This document shows positions 51,879 through 64,000 of a stretch of 64,000 bases of DNA, piece by piece. Under the pieces are notes generated by a model. It did no database searches, was not told where the DNA came from, and was given only the letters and a program-made list of their open reading frames with translations. The position numbers and the translations under genes are program-made. The first letter of the stretch is position 1. Each line of letters starts with the position of its first letter. Source of the stretch: Tubiluchus corallicola (Eukaryota > Animalia > Priapulida); NCBI GenBank assembly GCA_030141605.1, contig JAQGDQ010000017.1, positions 1,240,001 to 1,304,000 of the forward strand. Reading direction: 5' to 3'.

Positions 51879-54800
51879 ATGAAATTTGAACATTATAAGA
51901 AAAAAGATAAAATGGAGACCCTACTAGCCAAGTCTATAAAGATAGCGGCAGTCGTGTCATCCTACTGGTAAGTCTATTTCAACCCAAATGCGAAAAAGCA
52001 AAGGCAACTGAGCAGACAGTACAAACATGAAAGTGTAACCAGTGTACTGACTTGGTTGCTCTGAAACATTAGTTAATTTTACTGAATAAATAAATTGTTG
52101 GCTTAAATGATGTTTTTTAGTGGTTTTTATATTATTATGTTATAGCAAATCAGAATTTTCTTTTGGAAATATTTATTGTCCCTATTAGGACCTAGCCCTG
52201 AAAAGAGCTGGTTTGGTAAAACGCAGGTTGTATCCGTTTATTCTCCCGGACACCACTCTGCCATATGAAGTAAAATACATTCCATAGCTTCTCGTTTGTG
52301 CTGTTACCGCCAGATAAACTCATCTAGATGTGATGAGAGTGTGGTGAAAGGATTAATTGTTTTTACCACTGGACTGAGCAGCAAAATAAAAATATTAATA
52401 ACTCATCCACTCAAAAGTTTACACAATTTCCCGTTACCTTTGTTAACCTAAATTAACTATATAATTATTTTAATTTGTATCCAGCCCACCCATGACTAAA
52501 ATTTAACAGGAAAAATTTGCATTTTAACGTTTATGTTTTTTCCATCACCTCTGTCAATGTAAATTTACTTGTTATGCATACGTTCCAGTCCAAACCTTGT
52601 CTAAAACTTAATGTAAACAACCTGTTGTGCCAGACAACGTGCGAAGCTCAAAAAAATCGTCTGGGAGCACCACATTAAAAATTAGGTATGAAGAGTTCAA
52701 AGATACATAAATGCAACGTTTATTAACATGACGACTGTGGAAATTAAAATGTAACTGTGGCGCGCTTAGTTATTAATACTAATGCCAAATAATAATAATA
52801 ATAAAAATTACTTAGTTATTTCACACTGCTTGTGGTAATGTAATTATTTATTCCGGTTAAAATACATTTTATACGATCGAGTGCATCAAAAATTAGGTCA
52901 AATGTCAATTTTTTATTTTTTATAAAAAAACAATTGGTAACTTAATGGACTTTTATATTTTATTTATAGTATAATTTCATAAAGTTATTCTGCCATGTGA
53001 AACTCAGGGGCTGATCAATCATAGTATCGTATGCACAGCGCAGATCGCCATATTGCGTTAAGCGATTGGATCAAAATCGGCGATCACTCGGCGAAAATTG
53101 ATCGGGACCTGAATTGAAAATGAGTGCCCATTGATGTATTTGTGCAAATAAAATTGAATTAAGTGAACATATTTGAAAATGTAAGTTGATTTGTTCCGTT
53201 TGTACAAATCAAAAAAGTGCTAAAGAGTGAAATTCATGAAAAATTAGCTGGTATTCTGGAGAAGCAATGTAAGCTTCCCAAGTATGATCCAAGACTTTCT
53301 CAGCCCCCATTTAATACTCTAGCCTAGATTTTAGAGGTTCTCGAGAAAACTGCAACAATTGGCACATCTCCCGTTTTCACAAAAAACATAGTAAGTCTAT
53401 TTTTCGGAAAAACTGAGTTATAGACATTCTTAGCACCATGCTGCATTTCACCACCAAGTGATTTGCTGATCTGAAGCTTATTAAGTGATAAATTTATTGA
53501 GCAAAAATTTTCAGACAAACCTAGTAAAGTCACAGCAGCAGAGGTTTGGCCGATCAGCGGGCACATTGCAATTATGCAACTAGGAGTTGCTATACAGATG
53601 AACAGCTAGGCAGGCTGCTCAACCCTTTACTGGCATTGGAGTAATATATTTACACTGCTCCTGCACATCTGAAAGGTTAAGCAGTAGTTTGACTGACTGC
53701 TCTGTTTCACTTGAGTATGCACGGACCCTAGTAAGTCCCTCTTTTTGAAAACAGGCAACACGTAGAAAACCCGCATTTGCTGTTCCACTTCAATGTGACT
53801 TTGTAAGTCCATTAATTTAAAAGCTGCTCTTGTTATAAAATAGCAAAGCGCCTTTTACGTGTATTCATTCCATATTTTGAGGTAATCCATTAAACTGCTG
53901 CTTCTTGGCAACTGAAAACAGTTTTGTCCATTTTTCTCAGAACTAGCTGAAGAGAACTTACTCATATTTCCACAAAATAGGTGACAAGTGCTCTATTTTT
54001 AAAAAGTCTTCCTTATAAGGTATTTCAGCAATGTGAAAAACTGTGCCACTCTCTTGTGACTTTATGTGAAGTTTGACATGTTATAGGCAGGATAAACTAT
54101 TAGTATCTTTAATAAAGAAAAAGCAAAGGCTTATAACTGAGCAGACAGTACAAACATGAAAATGTAACCAGTGTACTGACTTGGTTGCTCTGGTACATTA
54201 TAATTTCAGGCCGCAGTTATGTCTTTGTCAAGTTTCATTAGCTCAGGTCTGGTGAAGTAACTTCTTTTGAGGTGCACAGTCTCAACAAAGTGGGCAACTA
54301 TAGAATTATCGCTTCTCTCTGTCTATCTGTCTGTTGCCACTTTTTCTCAGCCACTAAGTAAAGTTTCTCGGCCGTTGAGTAATCTAGGAAGGTTGGCGCA
54401 GCCAGGTTTTAGGACAAGCATGGAACCTATTTATTTTTGTGTTTGTTTTTGTAGATTTCAGTTTTTCACATTTTTTTCAAAATCCACATAATATCAGTAA
54501 TATCCATCAGAAATAAACCATCAGTAATATCCAAACGATAAGCTCGCTGGCCAGTTATCAGGTATATTATGAAGTAATATGTTTATAAGTAAAGTATGAT
54601 AACTGGTTAAAATCAAAGCAGCAATCATGCTGTTTGATGACATTTGCTCAAATTATGTGCATAACTGAAATACACCAGCTGATTACTATTGGCTTCTTCA
54701 GAATCAAAATCTTTTAACAACAGAGCAAGATGCATTAAACAATGAAACTTGAGGGCTGAATAGAAACGACAATCTCGTCAGGGCAATAACTGCAACTGTG

Positions 54801-57800
54801 TCCATCTAATGAGAGCTCTCTGGTTTTGTAATCCACTGAGCACCTTTATGCCAGGTCTCTGCATGTAATTCATAAAGTCTTTGAAGAAGTTAGATATCAC
54901 TCTATCAAAAAATTAACGAAGTAAACTACTGACAATTCAGCTTCAATGGTAATTTAAAATGAAGCTAATAATGATATTTAACAATACTTATATTGCTCTG
55001 TATCATATTAATGAATTATTGCAACTACAGTTTTTTAAGAAGTGTATAGTGAAGTAGACAGCTATGTAAACCTGTGTGAAAATAGTCTATTATTTTGTTA
55101 TAATCACACATTTGTTTTATATTTTGCAGGGTTGTTTCAATATTGTTTGTTTTTCTTAACAAATATTTACTCAGCAACAAAGAGCTTAAGGTATGTGTTC
55201 GTCTCATTAATATTCATTTTTATTCATTTGTTCATTTATTTTTTATATAAATAAATGAAATTTTGATGGATATGCATGAAAGGGCCAATTTCTCCTGCAA
55301 ATAATAGCAGGTCTTTGAGGACCTGGCCCTGTATTATGTAATAACGTTCTTGTTCAAAAAATGTACATCAAAACAACTAGAAACACTGCTAACTAAAATT
55401 TCACTTAGTAAATCGCCTAGATTTCTACCAAGACTTGTAGAATATAATTTACTAACTATGCAGTTGCTTATAAGCGTTAGGACATCAATATCAATTTATT
55501 TCGATTATTCTGATGTCATCTCATTAATGATGTGTCTTGCACCATTGTTTTTTACAATTTTTCTGCAATGCTTTATTGTGATGTCAAATAGAATTTCCGG
55601 TTTAAGCCTATTGTTAATCAAAAAAATTGATTTTCTAATTCCTAATTCTTAATTGATAATTACCAAAATTGAAAGCATTCTTTTTGTCCAATGTTGCATC
55701 TGCCACAAAAAAACTTCTCGGAAATCTGTTTAGTTGTATTTGAGTAATCCTGTTCTCAAAGAAGCTATTCGTGATCAAAACATAACCTCTTTGGTGAAGG
55801 CAATGAAAAATGTGCACTTTTTACTTAAAATTGCAGTTTAAACATATAAGTTGAAAGAAACAGCTCAATGATTTTTGTAGTCTGAATAGTGTCGGGATTT
55901 TTTAGACTTATGTCTTCAGACACAAACAAGCTTCACCTTGTTACAGCATTTGCTTTAACTTCTTTGGGACTGCACCATTCAAAATAGGTCTGATGAGACC
56001 TCTGGCTTTTCTCTACTGTATGAGCACAGACATAATTAAATGATTACAAATTAGGTACTGTTCTATTCAGGAGAATCTCAGATATCCAATCAGTCTATTT
56101 GTTTAAACATTTATAAGTGATTTAATTGGATAAAATTAAGAAAAACACCCCCTTCTCAGGCACTCCCAACTTAGCTATTGAGTAGTTTGGTCTGGTGTAC
56201 ACTTGTGCGATCATACACACTAATTTATCAATCGCTTGCTTGCTACAACTCAAGAGAACCCTCTATGTACAGAATTATCCTTAAAAATAGAGTTGATTTG
56301 AGGACAAAGTGTATCAGAGCGTTGTGTCTGTATAGTTGAAATTTTCTGCATTAACAGATTTCACACAAGTGATGCTGTACATTGTTACAGTGCAGACACT
56401 GCAGTTACTGAAAGCTTTTTTCAATTTGTTGTCTAAAATTGATTTTTAATTTATCTATAGTAAGCAAATGCATTTCATATATAATTTTTCATGAAAGTCT
56501 GTTGTGTGAGGAGTAGAAACCTACAAAAATTATCAAATATAATGTAATCACTGCTTAGTGAGAACAGTTTTCATGAAGCCATGCAAAATGGAGCAAAAAC
56601 TTCCGATCCTGAAGGAGTTAATTACATCCATCTTCCCTTTATCGGCCTTGCTTGGTGTTCACTGTGTAAAAAACGTTAAAATATTTATGTTCATTGTTCA
56701 CGGTGTCATTTTCATAAATATCTTTTTTTATTTTACAGTTGGACAGACCTTTGTTTTTAACCTGGTTTCAGTGTTCCATAGCATTAGGGCTGTGCATAAT
56801 TCTTGGCTATTTTTCAAAATGGCGGCCAAATCTTATAACATTTCCAGAGTTTCATATTGACTTCAAAATAGCTCGACAGGTGAGTATTATGTGTTTAATT
56901 TAATGATGATTTAGGTTAATATGCACCTAGACAGATCACGGTGAATTGGGCGTGTATTTCCTTAAATAACACTGGCATAAAAGTTTTGTATCAGTCTTGG
57001 AAAAAGTGCAAGTATATGGGCACTTTTCTAAACACCAAAGATGATATTAAGAGTAGAAAGCAACAAGCAATACATGCTTTTCTTCAGCACAAGAATCTAT
57101 TAGTTCAGTCAAGCAGGAAATTCAGTCTTAACATAAGACTACAGTTATTTAATGCTTACATTATTCGCATATTTATGTACAACAGCGAAACTTGGGGTTT
57201 AACGGTTACTCAAGAAAAACAGATTGACACATTTCATAGAAGTTGTCTTAGGAAAGTTTTAAAGATAAGATGGCCATACATAATCAAAAACGAAGATTTA
57301 TACACCAGAACGAAAGCAATTCCTTGGAGTTCAAAAGTCAAGATCTGAAGAATAAGATAGCAAAGGTAGCTAGGATATCTTCTATGATTACCAAGTGAGG
57401 AACCAGTAAAAATCGCCTTAAAGGAAGCCTTAAAACCTTGCCATGGTTCATGCGAGTGGGATGGGTTCAATACTCGCACTGGGCGGTATCATGCATAAAC
57501 CTTAGCTGCTTACCTCCTAGAGGGAGGACTTACATACATGCAAAGGTGGCACTAAGACACTTCTGATGATTCAGTGACTCATCTTAGAGTTTTGTTTTTG
57601 ATAATGAGTCAAGCCTCGGTCATGCCATAAATGTCTCTTTGAGTAGGTTCTGCCTTTGAGTGCTTTCCGGCATGCCTTGTGCCAAAAGTTGCTTCATTAT
57701 TATGAGGAGTAATCATGTCAGATTGCAATTTGTAAATGTTGAAAATCTTCCTTTGTAAGATCAATGATGGCTCGTAACTAAAATTAGTGGGGTGCTGCTA

Positions 57801-60800
57801 CAGAAAATTTTTAGTCATTGTTTTAATATTGTGTAAAAAGAATGAAACATATGTAATTTTAATGTTGTAATTTGCAATTGTAATTTTAAACAAACAAACA
57901 TATGAAAGTTTATACATAAACTTGATAAATCTAAAACAAAATAGTATTTTTTGCTTACTAATAGCCTAAATTTTCGCAACTCAAGCTTGATGCATTCGAA
58001 GTAAGCTTGTGACAACTGACAACAAACTGTATGAGCAACAGTACTTTTTCTAACTGGGCTCAGATATGTGCGCATGGCTGCATGCTCACAACAAGCAAAC
58101 ACCTCGTTGCTGGAGTGCACTGTGCAGAGCTTTAAAGCAAACCTCACGTGCTCTGGTTCCGTACAAGTGTAAAGAAAGAACTAAAGAAAAAAGACTTATT
58201 ATGTTGAATATTATCGATAATATCGAGTGAAAAAAGGGGATGCTGCAGTTCCATGGCACCTACATACGAGCCGTCACTACTAGGATTTGATATGGAAATA
58301 TTGATAATTATATGTTCTTTAACTGTTTAGACTGTCCACATAAGTTAAGGATAAAGTCTGAGACTAAAATCCTACCTACCTTTATTTTTTGTATGTCGGT
58401 TGATTCTAATTTTTCATTTTCTAGGTATTTCCACTGTCAATAATGTTTGTGGGTATGATAACATTCAATAACTTATGCCTGAGAAGCGTCGGTGTCGCTT
58501 TTTATTACATTGGACGGTCCCTCACTACCGTATTTAATGTGGTAAGCTGATTTAAACACTCTTTTTTGAAACTATGGCGAGGATCGGTTTAGTAAGCCTA
58601 TATGCAGTCTAATCCTGATAATATTTTTCCACTTATAATGAAATTCTCAATAGTATGACAATTTTATTATGTCTCTGCAATGGTTATAATAAAACCTAAT
58701 CACGTATTGTTAATTCGAAACTAGTTATTACAAAAACCCCGTTTATACAACGTTTTCCTAAACTCCTGCCAATATAATTTTAACACAAATAAACGCTTTT
58801 AATACGATTTCTGCTATAGCCAACCCTGTTTGGACTCTAGACACTCTTCACCTGTTGCCACGGTAACTACAGCAATGTTGTTTACAACCATTATGCTTCA
58901 TAATGTAATGCACATACGTTATCATGCAGTTGCAACATTTTGCCGTAGATTAAATTAGTCAATACATTCAGCCAGATATTCTGTATTCAGTGCAAAGTTT
59001 AAAACACTTCATTACAAATTTTGATTGTAAGAATGCAAAACAGTAAAATTACTGATTTCCTCAAGACTTAATAATAAAACGTAAGTGAGTTAATTACAGC
59101 TTATTTTTACTTTGATTTGTTTTTATGTTAAAAATGTTTACAATTTAAAAATTCATCATTGACATGAGTGTACAAATAACTACTTGCAGTCAAATTGTTG
59201 ATTTCCAAAACACGTCCCATTGTGGAAAATTTTTTCCCTTATCGTTTAAAACTAGTACTTGTTACTACCTGCCATCCCATCCCTAAACACAGAGACTTTG
59301 CTTGCAGGTATCGAATTGTAATACCGTAGCAGCGGCTATAGTTACGTAGGTGGGCATTAACGTTGTAATGTATTACACACTGTACATTCGAGTTATTAAC
59401 ATACCGCAAGCTCTCGGGCACCATTAACCCCTTGTTGCTTTAAAGTTTAGACTAACCAGAGCAATTGACTGCTAAAACGTTGATATAATTTTGCAGTTTG
59501 CATTTACGCGAAAGTGGAGGTTAAACAAGCTTAAATTATGCTCACTGACAAAAGAAACCTGATGAAGAAACTGCACGTCCATTAATTGCTATTTTACATC
59601 AGAAGTAAAAATACGTGTAATGAATGGTACTAAACCCATTTGATACGGAAAAATATTTTGGTGCTGCGAAAATTGTATTAACAGGATTCGATTGAAAACG
59701 GTTAAAAATTACCGCATAAAACTGAAAATAAACCAAAAAGTAGCCTCTCACTTCAAGTGCCGGACATTGGCTAATAGGGGAAAGGGAGCAACAGCTCCCA
59801 CTGAGCACATTTTTCAAAAGTGGTGCCTTTTCGACAATTTTTTTAACTCTTTGATAGGCTTGGAAAAATTTGTTGGAATCATTACTTTATTTCACCAACC
59901 TGCCACCTGTTTTTGAAATGAGCATGCATTTACGCAACTCATTTGTCAGGGTTGATTGATTGAAACTGTATTTTCCTCGTGTTTTAATCTTAAACACAAA
60001 ATTAAAATGTATAATCAATGTGTTAAAAATTGTTTGGTATTCGTCACGTCACGTTTTTTATGTGCTTGCTCCCCCTAACTTTAGAATCAGGCTATGCCCC
60101 TGGCACCAAAGCAAGATTGCCAATAGCCATCTATTTTAGTTTTGATATTGCTGAAAATATTACAGTATATGATGTATAGTTGTGCACAGTTACCAAATAG
60201 ACAGTGCATAATTACCGATGGAAAAGATCAATCAGTTAACATGTCCATTTTCTACCAGGCAGGCTGAAAATAAGGTTTTTTAATCATTCTGTCTTCCACA
60301 TATTAGTTTTGCAGGAAAATGAATGTCAGGTATTTTTTGAGTTAAAGGAAAACTAGAAGACTGATTAGACTCATCTCATTTTAATTCACCATCCATAATA
60401 TACATTTTCTTGCCTATAAAAGTTAGCAATTGTTTTTTATATTTGAATAATTAGCTTGGAGTGTTAATTAATGGCAACCGAACACAGCTATCGCTTATGT
60501 CACAAACTAACCACAAATTCTGCAATGGTATGTATCTTCCCTGCACGTCAAGCACGTTTGCGTAAGCGAAGATTTCTATGTCACAAAATGGGCTCTATGT
60601 CACAGGCGAATACTGTAAAATCTAAATCTACAGTGTAGATTATGATCATGCTTATCACGGTGCTGCGCCTATTTGTTGGCCACGCGAGTGTGGCAAAAAG
60701 TGCCATTGCCAGTCTTAGTGGATTCGTTGAGTCACTCGTAGCTTTGAAAGTTTTACAAAATTTAACTGTTCGAGGTAATTATTATTTAATCTAAGTTTTC

Positions 60801-63800
60801 ATTTAAAAAAAGCTGTTGTAGTTTTCAATATTTTAGAACATACTTTATTATGGACTAATGTCTGCACAGTCGTCCATTTTCCTTTAAACATAATACTTTT
60901 TGGTCACAATTTCAAGTTGTATTAACTCTGTAGAGTTTTATGTCTTGATTTGTTTAATCGGAAGATGACTGAACTGATAAATTTAATCACTGTATCATGC
61001 ATTCGCGCCTTCGGCTGCTTGCAATTTATTTCAACGCTGATTTATTGCAGGTACTTACGTATGTGGTGCTGAAGCAACCAACGTCTGTGAAAGCTGTGAT
61101 TTGCTGTGGAGTCATTGTAGGTGGATTCATTCTAGGCGTGGATCAGGAACAGGTTGCCGGTGAGTGAAAAATGAACACTAACCTAGAAAAATCGCAATGT
61201 GTAAATTGAATATTACACGTTATACCCGGTGGTGAATGATTTTTGCTAAAGGGTGCAAAAACAGAGAGTTATAGCACAGGGCAATTTAAAGGAAGACCGG
61301 AGCATTGTTTAGACTCAATCTCATTTTAATTTACTGTCCAAAATATACTATTTCTTGCCTATAGAACTTAGCAATTGTTTCTTATATTTGAATAATTAGC
61401 TTAAAACGTAATTACCGGTAACCAAACACAGCTATTGCCTACATCAGAAACTAACCACAGTTTGTGCAATGGCAGGCATCTTCCCTTGCATGTCAAGCAC
61501 ATTTGCATAAGTGTTACTGTTTAAACGCGGGATGTCTCGAAAAGAGGTTCTTCATCACATGACGTCAGAAACACAGCATAATCATGGTTATCGTGGTACC
61601 GCCTTCTATTTGTTGGCTATGCGAATGTGACAAAAAGGATCCGTTGGTAATCTTACTAGATTCACTGAGCCGCGAGTAGCTTTGAAAGCTTAACAAAATT
61701 TGAGTATCCGAGATAATTATTATTTAATCTAAGCTTTGATTTAAAAAAAGCTATTGTAGTTTTCAATATTTTAGAGCATTCTTTATTCTAAACCAATGTT
61801 TACACAATCATTCGGTTTTCCATTAAAGACACTGAAGACCTAAGCCTACTGAATTTTCAATATTTTAGATTTTCATATATTTTTAATAATATATCAAAGC
61901 ACTACTTGCGTGGGTACCCAATCTTTATGTCGTCAAGCACTTTTCGTGGGGTCTTGGGCTAGTCCAAAAATGCTGTTTTCACGAAAAGTATCTAAGTAAG
62001 TCTTGTTTCTTCAGTCTCTCATTACTTCATTTTGTTCTGGAAAGTAAAACTGGGTTTCTTTGCTCTAAATGCAGTATATCAGTACTTGATTTTCCGGAAA
62101 AACGAAAATGCAAGTTGTTGCATGCTGTACACTTGCGTACAGTGCACACCATTCAAAAGAGTGTCGCTCGGCATTTTACCTTGAATACCTATTGCTGTTG
62201 CATTACTGGTCGCTGAGAAACAGGTGCAACAATCACATGAATGAATTAATGAAACAATCTCTTGTTGTTCAATGATTTGTTGAATAGTAATTGCTCCAAT
62301 GATGCCCTCTAGATTGAAGGCTGTGCAAGGACATGGTATGTTCTCCATTATTTGAGCAATGCTTTTAATATAGTGAATTCTTCTGTTCCGTTACTCAATG
62401 TTTTTGTTTCCCTAGCAAAAGTTTATATACATGCTGTAGCCTTGTATTACGTGTGAGTAAGAACCTTTAAAAAATGCTATTTCTACTTATAGTGCAACGA
62501 GTTTCTGTATTGGTGGAATCATATTTTTGTTTTTCTGTATTTTATAATTTTAGTTTCAAAATTCTAAATTAAAATATGCAATTACTAGTTAAAGCAATAT
62601 TGTGCAAAAAGAAGGAAAGGTAAAAAGTCTTGTCTGAGTCAGGATTTGAACCAGGGTCCTTAGATTATATGTCAAATCTTCAATTCATTTTTTGGCTCAT
62701 TCCAGAATACATCGTACGTTGGGTTTGGTTTCAAAATTCATATTTTACAAAAATGTTTGATTTCAAAACATCATCATTCTTGCTTTCATCATCATTTTCA
62801 TCATTCTTGCTTTCACTTATTACTGCAGAACTTACAGCCGTTTGTAACTAATCACTTAATGGCGTGTTGCTAATCACTTAATCACGTAACAAAGTGGCCT
62901 ACCATAAGTCCGCTCTCTCGTGATTTTAGTCGAGTTATACCAATGGCATAACACAGTATTTTTAATGCAGATTATTACATAAATGTATTGTTAGCTAAAG
63001 TGACAATTTACATGTGTAATAGGATTAAAACATCTTTTGTTTCAAGCTTTGAAAAATCTTGAAAAATAACATTAGTGTTGTTAAGTATGTTCATTAGACG
63101 TTTTTAAGTGCATTTGCAAGCAACAAGTTTGTTAATAACTACACGTGTTACCAGTGTGGATGCTTTTAGACTGTGTTGGTATTACGTTATGTGATGTATG
63201 TGAAATAAACTGATTCAACTTGTTTACGTCATAAAACCACTTACTAATCCTACTTACCAAACTAAAAAAATTGTTTCATTTCAATACAGACAGTTTGTCT
63301 TTGTTTTAGGTACTCTTTCCGTTATGGGAGTAATTTACGGGATCCTTGCCAGTCTTTTCGTGTCTCTAAATGCCATATTTACGAAAAAAGTTTTACCATT
63401 CGTCGATGAGAATATCTGGCGGCTGATCTTGTACAATAATTTCAATGCCTTCTGGATGTTCTTACCCCTCATGATTCTCGCCGGCGAGCTCAACGGGTTT
63501 CTCAGCTTTCCGAGATTATTCGACTACACTTTCTGGTCATTTATGATTCTCAGCGGCGCATTTGGCTTCACAATCGGCTATGTTGGGTCATTACAAGTCC
63601 AAGTGACATCGCCGCTGACGCACAACATCAGTGGGACAGCTAAGGCATGTGCGCAGACTATTCTAGCTTGTGTGTACTTCCAAGAGACAAAATCGGTGCT
63701 TTGGTGGTTGAGCAACGCGGTTGTGTTAACAGGCTCTCTAGCGTACACGCACGTGCGACGCCAGGAGATGAAGGAAAGACACATAGAGGAAGCGAAGTCC

Positions 63801-63845
63801 TTATTAGAGAATGACCAAGACAGCACAGAAAAAAGTGCTGTTTAG
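51879..63845 (+). CDS. SLC35C1: GDP-fucose transporter 1 (~350 aa)
   Basis: Exons 51879-51967 (alternative in-frame ATG at 51912), 55130-55190, 56739-56879, 58425-58541, 61051-61159 and 63310-63845. Motifs: [83 protein letters not shown]. Confidence 0.95.
55959..56617. mobile_element. piggyBac-like MITE, copy 2 (inverted)
   Basis: TTAA on both sides; reverse-complement homology to 27916-28360. Confidence 0.65.
56990..57440 (+). mobile_element. 5'-truncated non-LTR retrotransposon (RTE/L2-like) ORF2 C-terminal fragment
   Basis: KYMGTFL...DIKSRKQQA...RLQLFNAYI...YNSETWGLT...[18 protein letters not shown]...NEDLY is the typical post-RT region. An in-frame stop follows. Confidence 0.85.
57762..58279. 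mobile_element. hAT-like MITE, family A copy 2
   Basis: Termini CAATGATGGCTCGT...ACGAGCCGTCACTA; both ends homologous to 1600-2138. Confidence 0.75.
60346..60883. mobile_element. Kolobok-like non-autonomous element, copy 1
   Basis: TTAA|AGGAAAA...TTTTCCT|TTAA; collinear with 61290-61822. Confidence 0.7.
61290..61822. mobile_element. Kolobok-like non-autonomous element, copy 2
   Basis: TTAA|AGGAAGACCG...CGGTTTTCCA|TTAA; direct-orientation homologue of 60346-60883. Confidence 0.7.
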
Positions 63846-64000
63846 CAGTTTTTTCGGACAGTTTCAAACTAATTTGTTAATTGGATTATGTTTGATGTTA
63901 TTTTTAAAATGTGCCGTGATGTGTTCACTGCTGGCAGCTTGGAGATACGAGAACAAATAAAATAGGGGAAGAACTAACTAACTATATATTTTTGGGGGAT

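Noticed and set aside
59450-59482. Hammerhead-ribozyme-like relic CTAACCAGAGCA...TGCTAAAACGTTG
   Set aside because: The CUGANGA and GAAA core boxes are both mutated and no stems I/III are evident. At most a dead Penelope-type remnant.

Overview
AT-rich animal (invertebrate-like) genomic DNA with four spliced protein-coding genes in two head-to-head pairs, rebuilt by hand from GT-AG sites and frame continuity. (1) A TMEM121/CECR6-family membrane protein on the minus strand, 2 coding exons. (2) A full-length voltage-gated Ca2+ channel alpha2-delta subunit (CACNA2D-like) on the plus strand, 11222-43145, 28 exon positions, about 1032 aa. (3) DPM3 on the minus strand. (4) The GDP-fucose transporter SLC35C1 on the plus strand, sharing a roughly 220-bp divergent promoter region with DPM3. 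Introns hold many non-autonomous DNA transposons (hAT-, Tc1/mariner-, piggyBac-, Kolobok- and Harbinger-like), LINE remnants, tRNA-derived repeats and microsatellites. The main observation is a tandemly duplicated exon pair in alpha2-delta (23954-24043 and 25057-25140), probably mutually exclusive. It encodes the second half of the dCache_1 amino-acid/gabapentinoid pocket: one copy keeps the Y-x-D ligand motif and the other replaces it with Y-L-S-W-Q-G. This suggests a splicing switch of ligand sensitivity. No database search or folding program was run, so family calls rest on recalled motifs.
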